Below, piece by piece: positions 62,414 through 64,000 of a stretch of 64,000 nt of DNA (the first letter of the stretch is position 1; every line of letters begins with the position of its first letter). The notes beneath the pieces were generated by a model, which ran no database searches, was not told the DNA's origin, and worked only from the letters and a program-made list of their open reading frames with translations. This DNA comes from Raja brachyura (Eukaryota). The translations under genes and the position numbers were made by a program. The DNA lies in NCBI GenBank assembly GCA_963514005.1, contig OY740797.1, positions 19,840,001 through 19,904,000 of the forward strand, read 5' to 3'.

Positions 62414-63137
62414 TGTTGCATGTTAACCAATCACACACCAGCCAGCATCTTTAACTCCACCCCACTGTGATACTTATACTAATACTATTTCTCAGCACCG
62501 ACATTTTGAGCAGTCAGGATGTGTTGATAATTAACCATCCTTCATGCTGTTAAGTTTTAGTACTGATTAAAGATGTGTTTGAATTATGTACTGAGTCTGG
62601 AAGTCATTTACATGGCGTCAGAAGTGGGATGCACTCCTTCTGTATAACATTTTTTTGTTTTACCCTTTGTGAGTTTTTATTTTGCTTTATGGTGGCCTCT
62701 TCCTGTCGAAAGCCTGACCCTCTCGTCTTTGATGCAGATATCAGCGAACGCTGGGCCACAGTTCAAATTGATTACCGACACTACATGGACATTGCACACC
62801 GAAATGAACCTGATGCTGTCAAGGCCTCTCTCCTACTCAACCTTGCGGGCCCAGATGTCCTTCGGCGATCCAGCACATTCAGTTATGCTCTGGCAGTCCA
62901 ACGACCAGGTAATAACCGCAGCTGAATCTCCTGATGACCCCAATGTTATGATGCGTAAATTTAGCCAGATCTGTGACCAGCCCTCAAATCACATTTTGGA
63001 CAGGGCTAGGTTTTCTCTCGCCATCAACTCCCTGGTGAACGAATAGACTTGTTTATCTCAGACTTAATGTATTTAGCCCAGCGCAGCCGATTCCAAAATA
63101 TGCCGGTCGATCAGCTGACTGATCATTTAACAAGGGA
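62414..63137 (+). mobile_element. Ty3/Gypsy LTR (62414-62612), tRNA-Leu-type PBS (62613-62630) and gag fragment
   Basis: TG...CA LTR with ATTAAA; PBS TGGCGTCAGAAGTGGGAT; gag-like FDADISERW...KASLLLNLAGPD. Confidence 0.8.
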
Positions 63138-64000
63138 CATAGAAACATAGAAATTAGGTGCAGGAGTAGGCCATTCACCCCTTCGAGCCTGCACCACCAT
63201 TCAATATGATCATGGCTGATCATCCAACTCAGTATCCCATACCTGCCTTCTCTCCATACCCTCTGATCCCCCTAGCCACAAGGGCCACATCTAACTCCCT
63301 CTTAAATATAGCCAATGAACTGGCCTAAACTACCCTCTGTGGCAGAGAGTTCCAGAGACTCGCCACTCTCTGTGTGAAAAAGGTATTTCTCATCTCGGTC
63401 TTAAAAGATTTCCCCCTTATCCTTAAGCTGTGACCCCTTGTCCTGGACTTCCCCAACATCGGGAACAATCTTCCTGCATCTAGCCTGTCCAACCCCTTAA
63501 GAATTTTGTAAGTTTCTATAAGATCCCCTCTCAATCTCCTAAATTCTAGAGAGCATAAACCGAGTCTATCCAGTCTTCCTTCATAAGACAGTCCTGACAT
63601 CCCAGAAATCAGTCTGGTGAACCTTCTCTGCACTCCCTCTATGGCAATAATGTCCTTCCTCAGATTTGGAGAAAACTGTACACAATACTCCAGGTGTGGT
63701 CTCACCAAAACCCTGTACAACTGAAGTAGAACCTCCCTGCTCCTATACTCAAATCCTTTTGCTATGAAAGCTAACACACCATTCGCTTTCTTCACTGCCT
63801 GCTGCACCTGCATGCCTACTCTCAATGACTGCTGTACCATGACACCCAGGTCTCATTGCATCTCCCCTTTTCCTAATCGGCCACCATTTAGATAATAGTC
63901 TGCTTTCCTGTTTTTACCACCAAAGTGGATAACCTCACATTTATCCACATTATACTGAATCTGCCAAACATTTGCCCACTCACCAAGCCTATCCAAGTCA
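63138..64000 (-). mobile_element. CR1 LINE 3' part (continues beyond the window)
   Basis: ORF 63325-63840 (QVQQAVKKANG...RPHLEYCVQF...RLRGDLIETYK) and 3' UTR tail 'catagaaacatagaaa'. Confidence 0.93.

Overview
Vertebrate genomic DNA. The repeat content (V-SINE-like tRNA SINEs, abundant CR1 3' tails, Penelope fragments) suggests a cartilaginous fish, probably a skate or ray; this is an inference. The only host genes I can support are two tandem minus-strand copies (A ~3.65-7.6 kb; B ~29.0-32.3 kb) of a non-rearranging, antigen-receptor-like Ig-superfamily gene. Each has a leader exon, a single V exon with a germline-fused J-like G-strand, a C1-set exon, a TM exon carrying an Arg, and a probable short cytoplasmic exon, with phase-1 introns throughout the ectodomain. 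Copy A appears chimeric: a divergent L-V-C1 is joined to a near-identical duplicate of copy B's TM/3' region, with a B-type C1 remnant left at the junction. The rest is transposon-rich: a full-length DIRS (ICR and paralogous empty site visible), a truncated DIRS, a full-length L1 with TSD, L2, CR1, Rex/Babar, Gypsy LTRs, hAT/Harbinger/Tc1 DNA elements and Penelope hammerhead motifs. It also holds local segmental duplications, an orphan array of four phased CCAAT boxes and three assembly gaps.
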